Assembly: GCA_963721805.1 (NCBI GenBank)
Contig: CAVRJY010000002.1
Coordinates: 192,001 to 256,000 of the forward strand
Source of the DNA: Nitrospirota bacterium
GTDB lineage: Bacteria > Nitrospirota > Thermodesulfovibrionia > Thermodesulfovibrionales > JdFR-86
DNA: 64,000 nucleotides
Reading direction: 5' to 3'
Part shown: piece after piece, positions 1 through 10,477 of the stretch
Layout: the number at the start of each line of letters is the position of its first letter
Numbering within the stretch: position 1 is the stretch's first letter
Notes under the pieces: generated by a model
The model's database searches: none
What the model was told of the DNA's origin: nothing
Seen by the model: the letters and a program-made list of their open reading frames with translations, nothing else
Made by a program: the position numbers and the translations under genes

Positions 1-1
1 C

Positions 2-1798
2 TTCCTCGCGGTGGTCGGGCTGCTGACCGTATACGTCTCGATCTATTCGATGGGCTACGTGCGCGAGTTCCTCTCGCGCCGCAGGGTGACGCGGCTCGTC
101 GTGTTCTACTGCATGTTCGTGCTGGGCATGATGCTCGTGGTGCTTGCCGACGACGCCCTGTTTTTCCTGATCGCATGGGAGACGATGGCCGCGTCCTCGT
201 ATTTCCTCGTGATATTCGAAGACGAGCGCGCCGAGAACCGCCGCGCCGCGTTCCTCTATATGGTGATGGCCCACGTCGGCGCGGTGACGATCATGCTCGC
301 CTTCGGCGTGCTTGCGGGCCAGTCGGCCGGGTTTGAGGACTTCAGGGGATACACGTTCGACGCGATGAGGCAGGCGCAGTTCTCCCCCGGCTGGGCCTCG
401 GCCGCATTTTTGCTGGCGTTCGTCGGCTTCGGGGCAAAGGCCGGGGTCCTGCCGCTGCACGTATGGCTGCCCGAGGCCCATCCCGTAGCGCCATCGAACG
501 TCTCGGCGCTCATGAGCGGCGTGATGCTCAAGACCGCGATCTACGGGATCGTCCGCGTCACGTTCGACCTGATCCACATCTTCCCCTGGTGGTGGGGCGC
601 GGTGGTGCTCGCCGTGGGGCTCGTAAGCACCGTGATGGGCGTGCTATACGCCCTGATGCAGCACGACTTAAAACGCCTGCTTGCGTACCACTCGGTCGAG
701 AACATCGGGATCATACTCATAGGCGTCGGGCTCTCGATGATATTCACCTCGTTTAACCTGCCACGCATGGCCGCGCTCGCGATGCTCGCGGCGCTGTTTC
801 ACACGATCAACCACGCGATGTTCAAGGGCCTGCTGTTCATGGGCGCGGGCTCGGTGCTGCACGCCACGCACGAGCGCGACATGGACGAGATGGGCGGCCT
901 GATACACCGCATGCCCTGGACCGCGGCGCTGTTTCTGGTAGGCTGCATATCGATCTCGGCGCTGCCGCCCTTTAACGGGTTCGTCTCTGAGTGGCTCACG
1001 TTTCAGGCGTTCCTGCTCTCGCCCATGATACCCAACAGCATCATCAAGCTCCTGCTGCCGATGGGCGCCGCGCTCCTCGCGCTCGCCGCCGCGCTTGCGG
1101 CCGCGTGCTTCGTCAAGGCCTTCGGGGTCACGTTCCTCGGCCACTGGCGCGGCCACCGCGACATTGCCACGATACACGAGGCCGACTGGTTCATGCGCGG
1201 CGGCATGGCGCTCGCGGCCCTGACCTGCCTGGCCCTCGGCGTGCTGCCGACGTTCTTCGTCTCATGGGCCGGCGCGATCACCCAGCAGATCGTGGGCGCG
1301 AACATCGCCGCTTCGTCCTCCTCATGGGGCTGGGTCTGGCTTACGCCCATAGCGCCCGAGCGCGCCTCATACTCCGGCTTCTACGTCTTCGCCGGCTGCA
1401 TACTGGTCTTCTCTTTGGTGTATATAGTGCTGCACGTCAAGCCCGGCCGGGTCCAGCGCGTCGATATCTGGGACTGCGGGTTTAAGAAGCTGACCCCGAG
1501 GATGCAGTATACCTCGACCGCATTCGCGATGCCGATCAGGAGGATATTCGGTTTTCTCTTCATGATAAAAGAGACATGGCGCCTCAAGCCCCAGACCGCC
1601 AACGCGGCCTTCCCGCGCAGGATCAATTACGCCCTGCGGGTGCGCGACCGCCTGTGGTTCTGGCTTTACGCGCCGGTGATCGAGTCCTCCAAATGGATCT
1701 CGCGCAAGGTCGGCCTGCTGCAGCAGGGCCGCATCCAGACCTACCTGATCTACTCGTTCCTGACCATCATCGTGCTGTTCTGGATAAAATCGCTATGA
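2..1798 (+). CDS. hyfB: Hydrogenase-4 component B / EhrA, NuoL/MrpA-like antiporter subunit (5'-partial)
   Basis: Hydrophobic ORF with KAGVLPLHVWLPEAHPVAPS, LKRLLAYHSVEN and LPPFNGFVSEW motifs; frame is open from the window edge. Confidence 0.9.
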   Translation, partial: FLAVVGLLTVYVSIYSMGYVREFLSRRRVTRLVVFYCMFVLGMMLVVLADDALFFLIAWETMAASSYFLVIFEDERAENRRAAFLYMVMAHVGAVTIMLAFGVLAGQSAGFEDFRGYTFDAMRQAQFSPGWASAAFLLAFVGFGAKAGVLPLHVWLPEAHPVAPSNVSALMSGVMLKTAIYGIVRVTFDLIHIFPWWWGAVVLAVGLVSTVMGVLYALMQHDLKRLLAYHSVENIGIILIGVGLSMIFTSFNLPRMAALAMLAALFHTINHAMFKGLLFMGAGSVLHATHERDMDEMGGLIHRMPWTAALFLVGCISISALPPFNGFVSEWLTFQAFLLSPMIPNSIIKLLLPMGAALLALAAALAAACFVKAFGVTFLGHWRGHRDIATIHEADWFMRGGMALAALTCLALGVLPTFFVSWAGAITQQIVGANIAASSSSWGWVWLTPIAPERASYSGFYVFAGCILVFSLVYIVLHVKPGRVQRVDIWDCGFKKLTPRMQYTSTAFAMPIRRIFGFLFMIKETWRLKPQTANAAFPRRINYALRVRDRLWFWLYAPVIESSKWISRKVGLLQQGRIQTYLIYSFLTIIVLFWIKSL

Positions 1799-2739
1799 CG
1801 ATGAAGGCGGTGCTGATGCAGGTCTTGCAGATCGCGGTGCTCATGGGGCTCTCGCCCGCGCTGGTCGGCTGGGTCAGGACGCTCAAGTGCTGGACGCAGG
1901 GCCGGAGCACTCCGGGGATATTGCAGCCCTACCGCGACCTGAGGAAGCTCTTCGCCAAGGACGTCGTGATCGCGCACAACGCCTCGTGGATATTCAGGAG
2001 CATGCCGTATCTCGTGTTCGGCACCGCGATACTCGCCGGCGGCGTCGTGCCGATGCTCTCGCTGGACCTGCCGTTCGCGCTCGCGGCCGACGCGATAGTG
2101 CTGGTCGGGCTCTTCGCGTTCGCGAGGTTCTTCACCGCCCTGGCGGGGATGGACATAGGCACCGCGTTTGGGGGCATGGGCTCGAGCCGCGAGATGATGG
2201 TCGCCTCGCTCGCGGAGCCCGCGACGCTGATGGTCATCTTCACGGTATCGCTGATATGCGGCTCGACCTCGTTTGTGAAGATCGCGGAGGTCGTCACCAC
2301 GCTGGGGCTCGGCTTCAAGCCCTCGTTGGTCTTCACGTTCATCGCGTTCGTGATCATAGTGCTTGCCGAAAACGGCCGCGTGCCGGTCGACAACCCCGCG
2401 ACCCACCTGGAACTCACGATGCTCCACGAGGCGATGATCCTCGAGTACTCCGGCCGCCACCTCGCGCTGATAGAGTGGGCGATGATGATGAAGCTGTTTT
2501 TGTACCTCTCGGTCGGAAATGTCCTGTTCTTTCCGGTGGGCATCGCGCTCTCGGACGACCCGGCGGCGCTCGCTATCGCCGCGGGGTGGCTTATCGGGAA
2601 GCTCGCGTTTTCAAGCTTCGTGATCGTGATGATCGAGACCGTGCTGGCGAAGATGCGGCTTTTCCGCGTTACCGAGTTTCTGAGCGGCGCATTCCTGATC
2701 GCGACGCTCGGGATGCTCTCGCACTTCATACTGGAATGA
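1795..2739 (+). CDS. hyfC: Hydrogenase-4 component C / NuoH-like membrane subunit
   Basis: QPYRDLRKLF, FGGMGSSRE and ENGRVPVDNPATHLELTMLHEAMILEYSG motifs; ATGA overlap with the hyfB stop. Confidence 0.9.
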   Translation: MTMKAVLMQVLQIAVLMGLSPALVGWVRTLKCWTQGRSTPGILQPYRDLRKLFAKDVVIAHNASWIFRSMPYLVFGTAILAGGVVPMLSLDLPFALAADAIVLVGLFAFARFFTALAGMDIGTAFGGMGSSREMMVASLAEPATLMVIFTVSLICGSTSFVKIAEVVTTLGLGFKPSLVFTFIAFVIIVLAENGRVPVDNPATHLELTMLHEAMILEYSGRHLALIEWAMMMKLFLYLSVGNVLFFPVGIALSDDPAALAIAAGWLIGKLAFSSFVIVMIETVLAKMRLFRVTEFLSGAFLIATLGMLSHFILE

Positions 2740-2746
2740 GGGCTCA

Positions 2747-3412
2747 ATGGACATAACCACGCTTGGCGAGATAAACGGTTTTCTGGCGGCCTTCGTGCTG
2801 CTGACCGCGTTTGGGATGCTCGCGCAAAAGCGCATCAATACGCTCATATCGCTTTTTGCGTGGCAGGGGCTTTTCCTCTCGGTCAACACCGCGATAGTGG
2901 GGTTCGTCGCGAGCCAGCACCACCTCTATATCTCCTCGGTGCTCACGCTCTCGATGAAGGTGTTTCTGCTGCCGTACATCCTGCACCGCCTGATCGCGAA
3001 GCTCAAGATCAAAAAAGAGGTCGAGTCGCTCGTGAACATCCCGATGACGATGCTGATCGGCATCGCGCTCGTGGTGCTCTCTTATTACCTCACCGCCCCG
3101 ATCATCGCGCTCTCGACCGTGGTGACGCGCTCCACGCTCGCCGTGGCGCTCGCGACGGTCATGATCGGGCTTCTCATCATGATCACGCGCAAGCACGCGG
3201 TCTCGCAGGTCATAGGGTTTCTCGCTCTGGAGAACGGGCTTTTCTTCGCGGCGACGAGCGCGACGTACGGCATGCCGCTCGTCGTGGAGCTCGGCGTGGC
3301 GCTCGACGTCCTGATCGCCGCGTTCGTCTTCGGGATATTCTTTTTCCATATCAACACTACGTTTGACAGCCTTGACGTGGAGCAGATGGCGAAGCTCAAA
3401 GAGGAAATGTGA
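2747..3412 (+). CDS. hyfE: Hydrogenase-4 component E membrane subunit
   Basis: QVIGFLALENGLF and GMPLVVELGVALDVL motifs; operon position. Confidence 0.88.
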   Translation: MDITTLGEINGFLAAFVLLTAFGMLAQKRINTLISLFAWQGLFLSVNTAIVGFVASQHHLYISSVLTLSMKVFLLPYILHRLIAKLKIKKEVESLVNIPMTMLIGIALVVLSYYLTAPIIALSTVVTRSTLAVALATVMIGLLIMITRKHAVSQVIGFLALENGLFFAATSATYGMPLVVELGVALDVLIAAFVFGIFFFHINTTFDSLDVEQMAKLKEEM

Positions 3413-4857
3413 TACTTCAGGTAATGCTCGGGGTGCCGTTCCTTGCGGCCATAGCGCTGGCCTTCATAGGCGACCGCAAATACGCCCCGGAGGTCAACAT
3501 AGGCTGCTCGGCCATATCGCTGGTCGTCTCGGTCATGATCGCTGTCCGCGTCTGGGACACCGGCCCTTTCATGAGCGAGGGGAAGTTTTTCTTTATCGAC
3601 CCCTTCAACGTGTACCTGGCGGTCCTGACCGCGTTCGTCTCGATGACGACCGCGATGTTCAGCCGCCGCTACATGCGGCGCGAGCGCGAGCACGGGCGCG
3701 TCGGCCACGTGGGCATGAGGTTCTACCACGCGATGTTCCAGCTCTTCATATTCGCGATGCTCCTGTGCCTGCTCACCAACAACATAGGCGTGCTCTGGAT
3801 AGCCATGGAGCTTGCCACGCTCTCAACCGTGCTGCTGGTCTCGCTCTACCGCACGCCCACCGCTATAGAGGCCGCGTGGAAGTATTTCATCCTCTGCGGC
3901 GTGGGCATAGCGCAGGCCCTGTTCGGGACGGTGCTGCTGTACTTCGCGGCCGAGAAGGTCCTGGGGGAGGGCGGCGACGCCCTGCTGTGGACGAACCTCT
4001 ATGCCGCGAGCGACAAGCTCGAGCCGACGATCCTCTCGCTCGCGTTCGTCTTCCTGATGGTCGGCTACGGGACGAAGGTCGGACTGGTGCCGCTGCATAA
4101 CTGGCTCCCCGACGCGCACAGCGAGGGCCCCACGCCCGTATCTGCCGTACTCTCTGGGCTCCTACTTAATGTCGCGCTCTACGCCCTCGTGCGCTGCAAG
4201 GTGCTCGTCGACGGCGCGACGCACTCCCACCAGGCCGGATACATAATGATGGGCTTCGGGATGCTGTCGATACTCGTGGCGGCATTTTCTTTGTTAAGGC
4301 AGAAGGATATAAAACGGCTGTTTTCGTATTCCTCGATCGAGCACATGGGGCTTGCGACGTTCGCCTTCGGGCTCGGAGGCAAGATCGCGACGTTCGGCGC
4401 GCTGCTGCACATGCTCATGCACAGCCTCGCCAAGTCCTCGATATTCTTCACCGTAGGGCATGCCTCGCAGATGCACTGGACCCAGCGGATCGACCGCATA
4501 CGCGGCCTCATACGCGGCAACCCGCTCGTGGGCTGGGGGCTGATCCTGGGGGTGATGGCGATCGTCGGGATGCCCCCGTTTGGGGTGTTCACGAGCGAGT
4601 TTCTGATCATCACGGCCACGATGAAGGACGCCCCGTACATGACGCCCTTTCTTTTATTGGGATTGGGGGTGGCGTTCGCCTCGCTGGTCGGAAAGGCGCA
4701 GGGCATGGTCGCCGGAGAGGTGCCGGAGTACCAAAAACCGCTCAAGGCCGCGCACGTGCCTGTGATCCTGCACATGGCTCTGGTGCTGCTGATAGGGCTG
4801 AAGATGCCGGACTTCCTTAACAAGTGGTTCGAGCTTGCGGCGGGGCTGCTGAAATGA
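3409..4857 (+). CDS. hyfF: Hydrogenase-4 component F, NuoM/N-like antiporter subunit
   Basis: EAAWKYFILCG, GTKVGLVPLHNWLPDAHSEGPTPVSA and KRLFSYSSIEH motifs; GTGA overlap with hyfE. Confidence 0.9.
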   Translation: MILQVMLGVPFLAAIALAFIGDRKYAPEVNIGCSAISLVVSVMIAVRVWDTGPFMSEGKFFFIDPFNVYLAVLTAFVSMTTAMFSRRYMRREREHGRVGHVGMRFYHAMFQLFIFAMLLCLLTNNIGVLWIAMELATLSTVLLVSLYRTPTAIEAAWKYFILCGVGIAQALFGTVLLYFAAEKVLGEGGDALLWTNLYAASDKLEPTILSLAFVFLMVGYGTKVGLVPLHNWLPDAHSEGPTPVSAVLSGLLLNVALYALVRCKVLVDGATHSHQAGYIMMGFGMLSILVAAFSLLRQKDIKRLFSYSSIEHMGLATFAFGLGGKIATFGALLHMLMHSLAKSSIFFTVGHASQMHWTQRIDRIRGLIRGNPLVGWGLILGVMAIVGMPPFGVFTSEFLIITATMKDAPYMTPFLLLGLGVAFASLVGKAQGMVAGEVPEYQKPLKAAHVPVILHMALVLLIGLKMPDFLNKWFELAAGLLK

Positions 4858-6429
4858 TCCAGCTCGCCAAGGCCATAGCGTTCAAGCTCGGGCGCGACGT
4901 CGAGTTCGACAACACTCTAAACCCGTCAAGCGTGGCGTATTGCTCGGTGCCGCTGGGGAGGTTCCCTGATGCGGCATACGAGATGAAGAAGGCCAACGCG
5001 CTTCTGGCCGGGGAGTGGGCGTCGGACGAGACGCCGTTCGGACGCGGTTTCGGCGTATACGCATGCTTTAGGTGGGGCGGCGAGTACCTGATCGTCCGTT
5101 GCTGATATCCCGAAGGGCGAGCGGACATTCCCTAGCATCACCGGGAGTTTTATCGCGGCTTACCGCTTCGAGCGCCAGATACACAGCCTGATGGGCCTGA
5201 TGCCGCTTGGACACCCGGACCTGAGGCCGTGGATAAAGTTCGAGGACTGGCCTGCCACCGCATGGCCGCTCAGGAAGGGCTTTGACGCTAAAACGAAAAT
5301 GCCGCGCGTCGAGGGCGAATACGCCTGGGCGCGCGCCGAAGGCGCCGGGGTGTACGAGATCCCTGTGGGGCCAGTGCATGCCGGGATAATCGAGCCCGGG
5401 CACTTCAGGTTCCAGGCCGTCGGAGAGACGATCTTAAATTTGGAAGAACGCCTGGGCTACGTGCACAAGGGGATCGAGAAAAGGTTCGAGTCGATGGGCT
5501 GGGCCGAGGGCGTGGCGCTTGCCGCGCGCGTCTCGGGCGATACGACCGTGGCGCACTCGACCGCGTATTCGATGGCCGTCGAGGCGCTCTGCGGATGCGG
5601 GGTGCCGGAGCGCGCGATGTGGCTTCGGGCGCTGATGCTCGAGCGCGAGCGCATAGCCAACCACCTGGGCGACATAGGCGCGATCTGCAACGACGTCGCG
5701 TTCGCGTTCGCGCTCTACCAGCTATCGATGCTCAGGGAGCTTGTGCTCAGGACAAACATGCGCCTCTTCGGCCACCGCTTCATGATGGACCGCGTCGTGC
5801 CCGGAGGCGTGACCACTGACCTGCCGGCCGACGGGGGCCGCGTGATAATGGAAGAACTCGAAGGGGTCTCGAAGGACTTCGAGCGTGTCGTCGCGGTTAT
5901 AGACGAAAACTCCTCGCTCGACGACCGCCTCAGGGATGCCGGGCTCCTGAGCGCCGAGCGTGCGCGCGAGCTCTCGCTCGTGGGCATCGCGGCGCGCGCA
6001 AGCGGGCTTAACGTCGATTGCCGCGTGTTCGCGCCCTACACTCCATATGACAAGGCCGATGTCCAGGTGCCGGTGCACGTAAGCGGGGACGTGCACGCGC
6101 GGGTCTGGGTGCGGATCTACGAGATACGTGAGTCCATGCGCATCATACGCTTCATACTCGATAACATGCCCTCAGGGCAGATACGCTCCGAAGGGCTTGC
6201 AGTCCCCGCGCCGGATACCTCGGGGTTCGCGGCGGTCGAGGGATGGCGCGGCGAGATCATCTACTGGGTGCAGGCCGGGCCGAACGGAGAGCCCAACCGC
6301 GTGATGCCCCGCGACCCCTCGAGCCTGAACTGGATCGCGCTGGAGCAGTGCGTACCCGGCAACATCGTCCCGGACTTCCCGGTCTGCAACAAGAGCTTCA
6401 ACCAATCCTACTCGGGGCATGACTTATGA
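4854..6429 (+). CDS. hyfG: HyfG/HycE-like (NuoC+NuoD fused, EhrL) large subunit; one-base frameshift near 5100
   Basis: Frame from 4854 ends at 5105; the next frame continues from 5101 (ADIPKGERTFPSIT..ERQIHSLMG..HPDLRPW, GPVHAGIIEPGHFRF, EGWRGE) to 6429; NiFe CxxC motifs absent. Confidence 0.85.
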
Positions 6430-6938
6430 TCAGGATATTCAGACAGATACTGCGCACCGGGATAGTGACCGAGCCGCTAGCCGAAGACGGGGGCGAGCTC
6501 ATCGAGGTGTGCACCGAGCTCGAGGCCGGGATCAAGAAGGTCTTCCGCGGCAGCCTCACGATCAGGGAGGTCGACGCCGGGTCCTGTAACGGCTGCGAAC
6601 TCGAGATCCATGCGGTGAACAATTCGTTCTACAACTGCGAGCGCTACGGCGTGCACTTCACCGCCTCGCCGCGCTTCGCTGACATGCTGCTCGTCACAGG
6701 CCCGGTCACAAGGAACATGGAGATCGCGCTTAAGCGCACGTACGACTCCACTCCCACGCCGAGGCTCGTCGTCGCTACGGGCGACTGCGGCTGCAACGGC
6801 GGCGTCTTCGGAGAGAGCTACGCCTCGCTCGGCGCGGTGAGCAACGTCATTCCCGTCGACGTCCTGGTCCCCGGCTGCCCGCCCACGCCGACCGCGATAC
6901 TCAAGGGCATCCTCGCGGCCGTAAACACCCGGCGCTGA
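6426..6938 (+). CDS. hyfI: HyfI/NuoB-like Fe-S small subunit (EhrS)
   Basis: DAGSCNGCELE, SPRFADMLLVTG, GDCGCNGG and PGCPPTP motifs. Confidence 0.9.
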   Translation: MIRIFRQILRTGIVTEPLAEDGGELIEVCTELEAGIKKVFRGSLTIREVDAGSCNGCELEIHAVNNSFYNCERYGVHFTASPRFADMLLVTGPVTRNMEIALKRTYDSTPTPRLVVATGDCGCNGGVFGESYASLGAVSNVIPVDVLVPGCPPTPTAILKGILAAVNTRR

Positions 6939-6946
6939 GCCCCGGA

Positions 6947-8164
6947 TTGGGGGCCAAGCTCCATTACGGATGGGTCGTCGCGGCCGCGGGCTCGCTTGCG
7001 GTCTTCGCTTGCCTCGGCCTCGGCAGGTTCGCCCTCGGGATGCTGCTGCCCTCCATGTCAGGCCCGCTCGGGCTCAGCTACTCCCAGATGGGCTTCATCG
7101 GCACCGCTAACTTCGCAGGCTACCTCCTCTCGGTCGGCATCGCCGGCAATCTGTCAATGCGCTTCGGCGCGCGAAGGCTGATCTCGGCCTCGCTCGTGCT
7201 AGTCGGCATATCGATGCTGCTGGTCAGCCGCTCTGACGGGTTCGTACAGATCATGCTCCTTTATTTCATCACCGGAGTTGGCAGCGGCGGGGCCAACATC
7301 CCGATGCTCGGCCTCGTCTCGGCCTGGTTTTCGCGCGCCAGGCGGGGCAGGGCCGCGGGGTTCATCGTGATCGGCAGCGGATTTGCGATCATCGCCACCG
7401 GCCCGCTCATACCGTTCATCAACTCACAGCCCTCCCTCGGCGGCTGGCGCACGAGCTGGATGGTGCTCGGCCTCGCGGTCCTCGTATCGGCCGCGATATG
7501 CTATGCGCTGCTCAGAGACAGCCCGGCCGAGCTGGGGCTCGAACCCGCCGGGGCCGGGCTCTCGCCTCCACGAGTGATGCCCGCCGGCAATGCCGTGGAG
7601 CCCCTTCACCGCCTGGGGATCATCTACCACCTCGGCGCGGTCTACTTCCTGTTCGGGTACACCTATGTGATATACGCCACGTTCGTCGTGACCTCGCTCG
7701 TGAAAGAGCGCGGATACACCGAGGCCGCCGCCGGCCGCCTCTGGTCGCTGGTCGGCCTCGTGAGCTTGCTATCGGGGCCGCTCTTCGGCGCTCTCTCGGA
7801 CCACATTGGCAGGCGCATGGGCCTCGCCCTGGTCTTCGTGCTTCAGGCCGCGTCCTATGCGCTGATGGCCACCGGGCTTCCGGGGCTGCCGCTGTATCTC
7901 TCGATATCGTGCTACGGTATAGCCATGTGGAGCATACCCTCGATCATGGCCGCCGCGGTCGGCGACTACGTCGGCGCGATGCGCGCGCCGCAGGCCTTCG
8001 GGCTGATTACGGCGTTCTTCGCCGCCGGGCAGATATCCGGGCCCGCGATAGCCGGGATGGTCGCCGAGGCCTCGGGAGGGTTCTCCTCCAGCTTCGCGAT
8101 GGCCGCTGTCATGGCAACGCTCGCGATCGCGCTGTCGCTCGCGCTCAGGAGGCCGGCTCACTGA
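6947..8164 (+). CDS. MFS transporter (YbfB/YjiJ-like)
   Basis: About 12 TM segments; GLGRFALGMLLP and GALSDHIGRR motifs; TTG start. Confidence 0.85.
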   Translation: MGAKLHYGWVVAAAGSLAVFACLGLGRFALGMLLPSMSGPLGLSYSQMGFIGTANFAGYLLSVGIAGNLSMRFGARRLISASLVLVGISMLLVSRSDGFVQIMLLYFITGVGSGGANIPMLGLVSAWFSRARRGRAAGFIVIGSGFAIIATGPLIPFINSQPSLGGWRTSWMVLGLAVLVSAAICYALLRDSPAELGLEPAGAGLSPPRVMPAGNAVEPLHRLGIIYHLGAVYFLFGYTYVIYATFVVTSLVKERGYTEAAAGRLWSLVGLVSLLSGPLFGALSDHIGRRMGLALVFVLQAASYALMATGLPGLPLYLSISCYGIAMWSIPSIMAAAVGDYVGAMRAPQAFGLITAFFAAGQISGPAIAGMVAEASGGFSSSFAMAAVMATLAIALSLALRRPAH

Positions 8165-8508
8165 TGACCCGCCACCGACGCCCCCGCCCGGCCGAGCCCC
8201 CGGTGCCCGATGAGCGGCGCATGACCGTGCGGCGCGAGATCACGGAGCTGCTCGGGCGCGGCGCGTTCACCACGCGGCAGATCTCGCTTGAGCTCCGCGT
8301 GCCGGAGCGCGAGGTCGAGGACCACCTGCTGCACATACGCCGCACGCTCGGCCACGGCCGCGCGCGGTTTGAGGTCACGCCTTCGGAGTGCGAGGACTGC
8401 GGGTTCGTATTTACGAAGCGCGAGCGCCTCTCGATGCCGGGCCGCTGCCCTTCCTGCGGCGGGACGCGCATCACCGGGCCTGCGTTTAGCATCCGCGCAA
8501 TCGAATAA
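8164..8508 (+). CDS. Predicted transcriptional regulator, HTH fused to Zn-ribbon (COG3357-like)
   Basis: ATG overlaps the MFS stop; EREVEDHLLHI helix followed by CEDCGFVF and CPSC. Confidence 0.8.
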   Translation: MTRHRRPRPAEPPVPDERRMTVRREITELLGRGAFTTRQISLELRVPEREVEDHLLHIRRTLGHGRARFEVTPSECEDCGFVFTKRERLSMPGRCPSCGGTRITGPAFSIRAIE

Positions 8509-8546
8509 TATCTATACGTTTTATCCATAAACGTTTATAATAGGCG

Positions 8547-10454
8547 ATGCCATTAAACAGACGCTCCGATTGCCGTTTTGAGGTCAGGCACATCGGGCTC
8601 CCGCAGGAATGGGAGATCGTGGAGTTGTCGCGCGCGGGTGCGCTGATCGTAAACCGCGCGGCTGAGTTCGCCGAGCCCCCCGAGCCGTTTGCAGTGCAGA
8701 TAGGCCCGCTTGTGCTGCAGGCCCGCCCGATATGGGTCAGGGGCGCCGAGATGGGCGTGGCCTTCACCCCCGGCATCGAGGACGTCAAGGTCCCGAGGAT
8801 CTTCGCCTTGCGGCCGCACGACGAGAGCTTCCCCGCCATGATACAGATACCGGCCGACGAGTTCTCGAAGTACAGCGCCGAGGACACGATCTGCACGCTC
8901 GTAAACTTCATGGTCGAACTCGACAGCCCCTCTACGGACATCAACAAGCTCAAGAGCTTCATCGAGCAGATCGGCGAGCTGGGCTCCGGCGATGACGCCG
9001 CCGCTGCCGAGCCGCCACAGGCCGAACCGCCGGAGGGCAAGCCAAAGCCCCTGCCGCCGAGTTCGAGGCTGCTCAAGCAGGTGCTGATGGACAAGGCCTG
9101 CGAGGGCGGCCGCTGCGAGGGCGTAAACGAGGTCAACATAGATTTCGCGATCTCCCTCCTTGGGCTCGAGCAGCTGAAGTCCGTCACGCGCGGCTTCGCG
9201 CAGAAGAAGCTCGCGCAGGTCAGCTCCTCGATGAAGAGCTTTAAAAGCTACAGCGCGTACACGACGCTCAAGACCGTGCTCTTTAACCGCATCTCGCAGC
9301 TCTTCGGCTACCAGGACCCGGATGGCGAGGGGGCCTCGATACTCCAGTTCGAGACCGCCGGGATCGAGGCCCTGATCAACCGTTCCAGCGGCGTACTCGA
9401 TGCCTACTACACCTCGGCCACGCGCGTCTACAGCAACATGTCGCGCCGGTACGAGCGCGCCCTGTTCGGCAAGGACCTCATCGAGGTCAACCGGCACTTC
9501 TTCGATAACCTCGGCGAGTTCGACGCGATGTACGGCGGGTACGTCATGGCCCACCAGGCCCTGAACATGCAATACCTGCCATCGCCCGAGCTGAAGATCA
9601 CGATCAACAAGGACGCTCTTAATTTCTCGCTCGTCGCTCACATGACCTTCCTGGGCCTGAAGTTCGCTATGGACCGCGACCGCGTCTCGGGGCTCATCCT
9701 GATACAGAAGCTCATGGGCCGCGGCCTGAACTCCACCAAGGCCGGCGACTTCGTCAACGACTGCGTGAGCGAGGCCAACAAGGTGCTCGACGACTTCGGG
9801 ATGAAGGGCAAGATAGGCGTGGCCTCACCCCCGCCGAAGTCCTCGATAGTGCTCAAGTACCTCCCGGAGACCCCGAGGTACAAGCACATTATAGACACCT
9901 TCCGGAACTTCGAGCAGTCGCAGAGCCGGCGGCTCGCGCTCCGGTACGAGGACTCCTCATACGCGCACTTCATTCTCAGGCGGCTCATAAACGACCCCGA
10001 CTGCCTGCTGAGCCGCCGCGCGAGCTGCGTGGTGCCCTGCGCCAACCTCTCGGAGCGGCCGCTGTACCTCGACGACTTCTCGAACTTCGACCTGCTGATA
10101 TTCAAGGACATCGACCGCCTGCCATCAAACCACGTGCGCGACTTCATCAGGATATGGAACTCCTTCGAGGGCTCGATAGTCGTGACGTTCGACAAGTTCA
10201 GCTTCATCGACTACACGCTCAGGCCGCTCTATACGATCCTCAAGGACAACGTGGTGGACTTCCCCTCGTATTTCGCCGAGGACGAGACTTACAGGCGCAT
10301 GGTCGGGCACACGCTTGAGTGTCTCGTACCGTATCTGGGCGGGAAGGCCCCGGAGTATGCGGCGCCAGATAATGGCCAGGGGCTGTTTCTTGACCGGGTA
10401 TATACGATGGACTATATCTTCTCGCGCACGTTCCTCACGAAAGAGATTATCTAG
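8547..10454 (+). CDS. Multidomain protein: PilZ-like N-terminus, HDOD-like middle, degenerate AAA-like C-terminus
   Basis: RRSDCR and ELSRAG PilZ-like motifs; IDFAISLLGLEQLK HDOD-like motif; LLIFKDIDRL Walker-B-like segment; host-like codon usage. Confidence 0.6.
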   Translation: MPLNRRSDCRFEVRHIGLPQEWEIVELSRAGALIVNRAAEFAEPPEPFAVQIGPLVLQARPIWVRGAEMGVAFTPGIEDVKVPRIFALRPHDESFPAMIQIPADEFSKYSAEDTICTLVNFMVELDSPSTDINKLKSFIEQIGELGSGDDAAAAEPPQAEPPEGKPKPLPPSSRLLKQVLMDKACEGGRCEGVNEVNIDFAISLLGLEQLKSVTRGFAQKKLAQVSSSMKSFKSYSAYTTLKTVLFNRISQLFGYQDPDGEGASILQFETAGIEALINRSSGVLDAYYTSATRVYSNMSRRYERALFGKDLIEVNRHFFDNLGEFDAMYGGYVMAHQALNMQYLPSPELKITINKDALNFSLVAHMTFLGLKFAMDRDRVSGLILIQKLMGRGLNSTKAGDFVNDCVSEANKVLDDFGMKGKIGVASPPPKSSIVLKYLPETPRYKHIIDTFRNFEQSQSRRLALRYEDSSYAHFILRRLINDPDCLLSRRASCVVPCANLSERPLYLDDFSNFDLLIFKDIDRLPSNHVRDFIRIWNSFEGSIVVTFDKFSFIDYTLRPLYTILKDNVVDFPSYFAEDETYRRMVGHTLECLVPYLGGKAPEYAAPDNGQGLFLDRVYTMDYIFSRTFLTKEII

Positions 10455-10477
10455 GCCGCTTCCGAGCGTCTTTCTTC

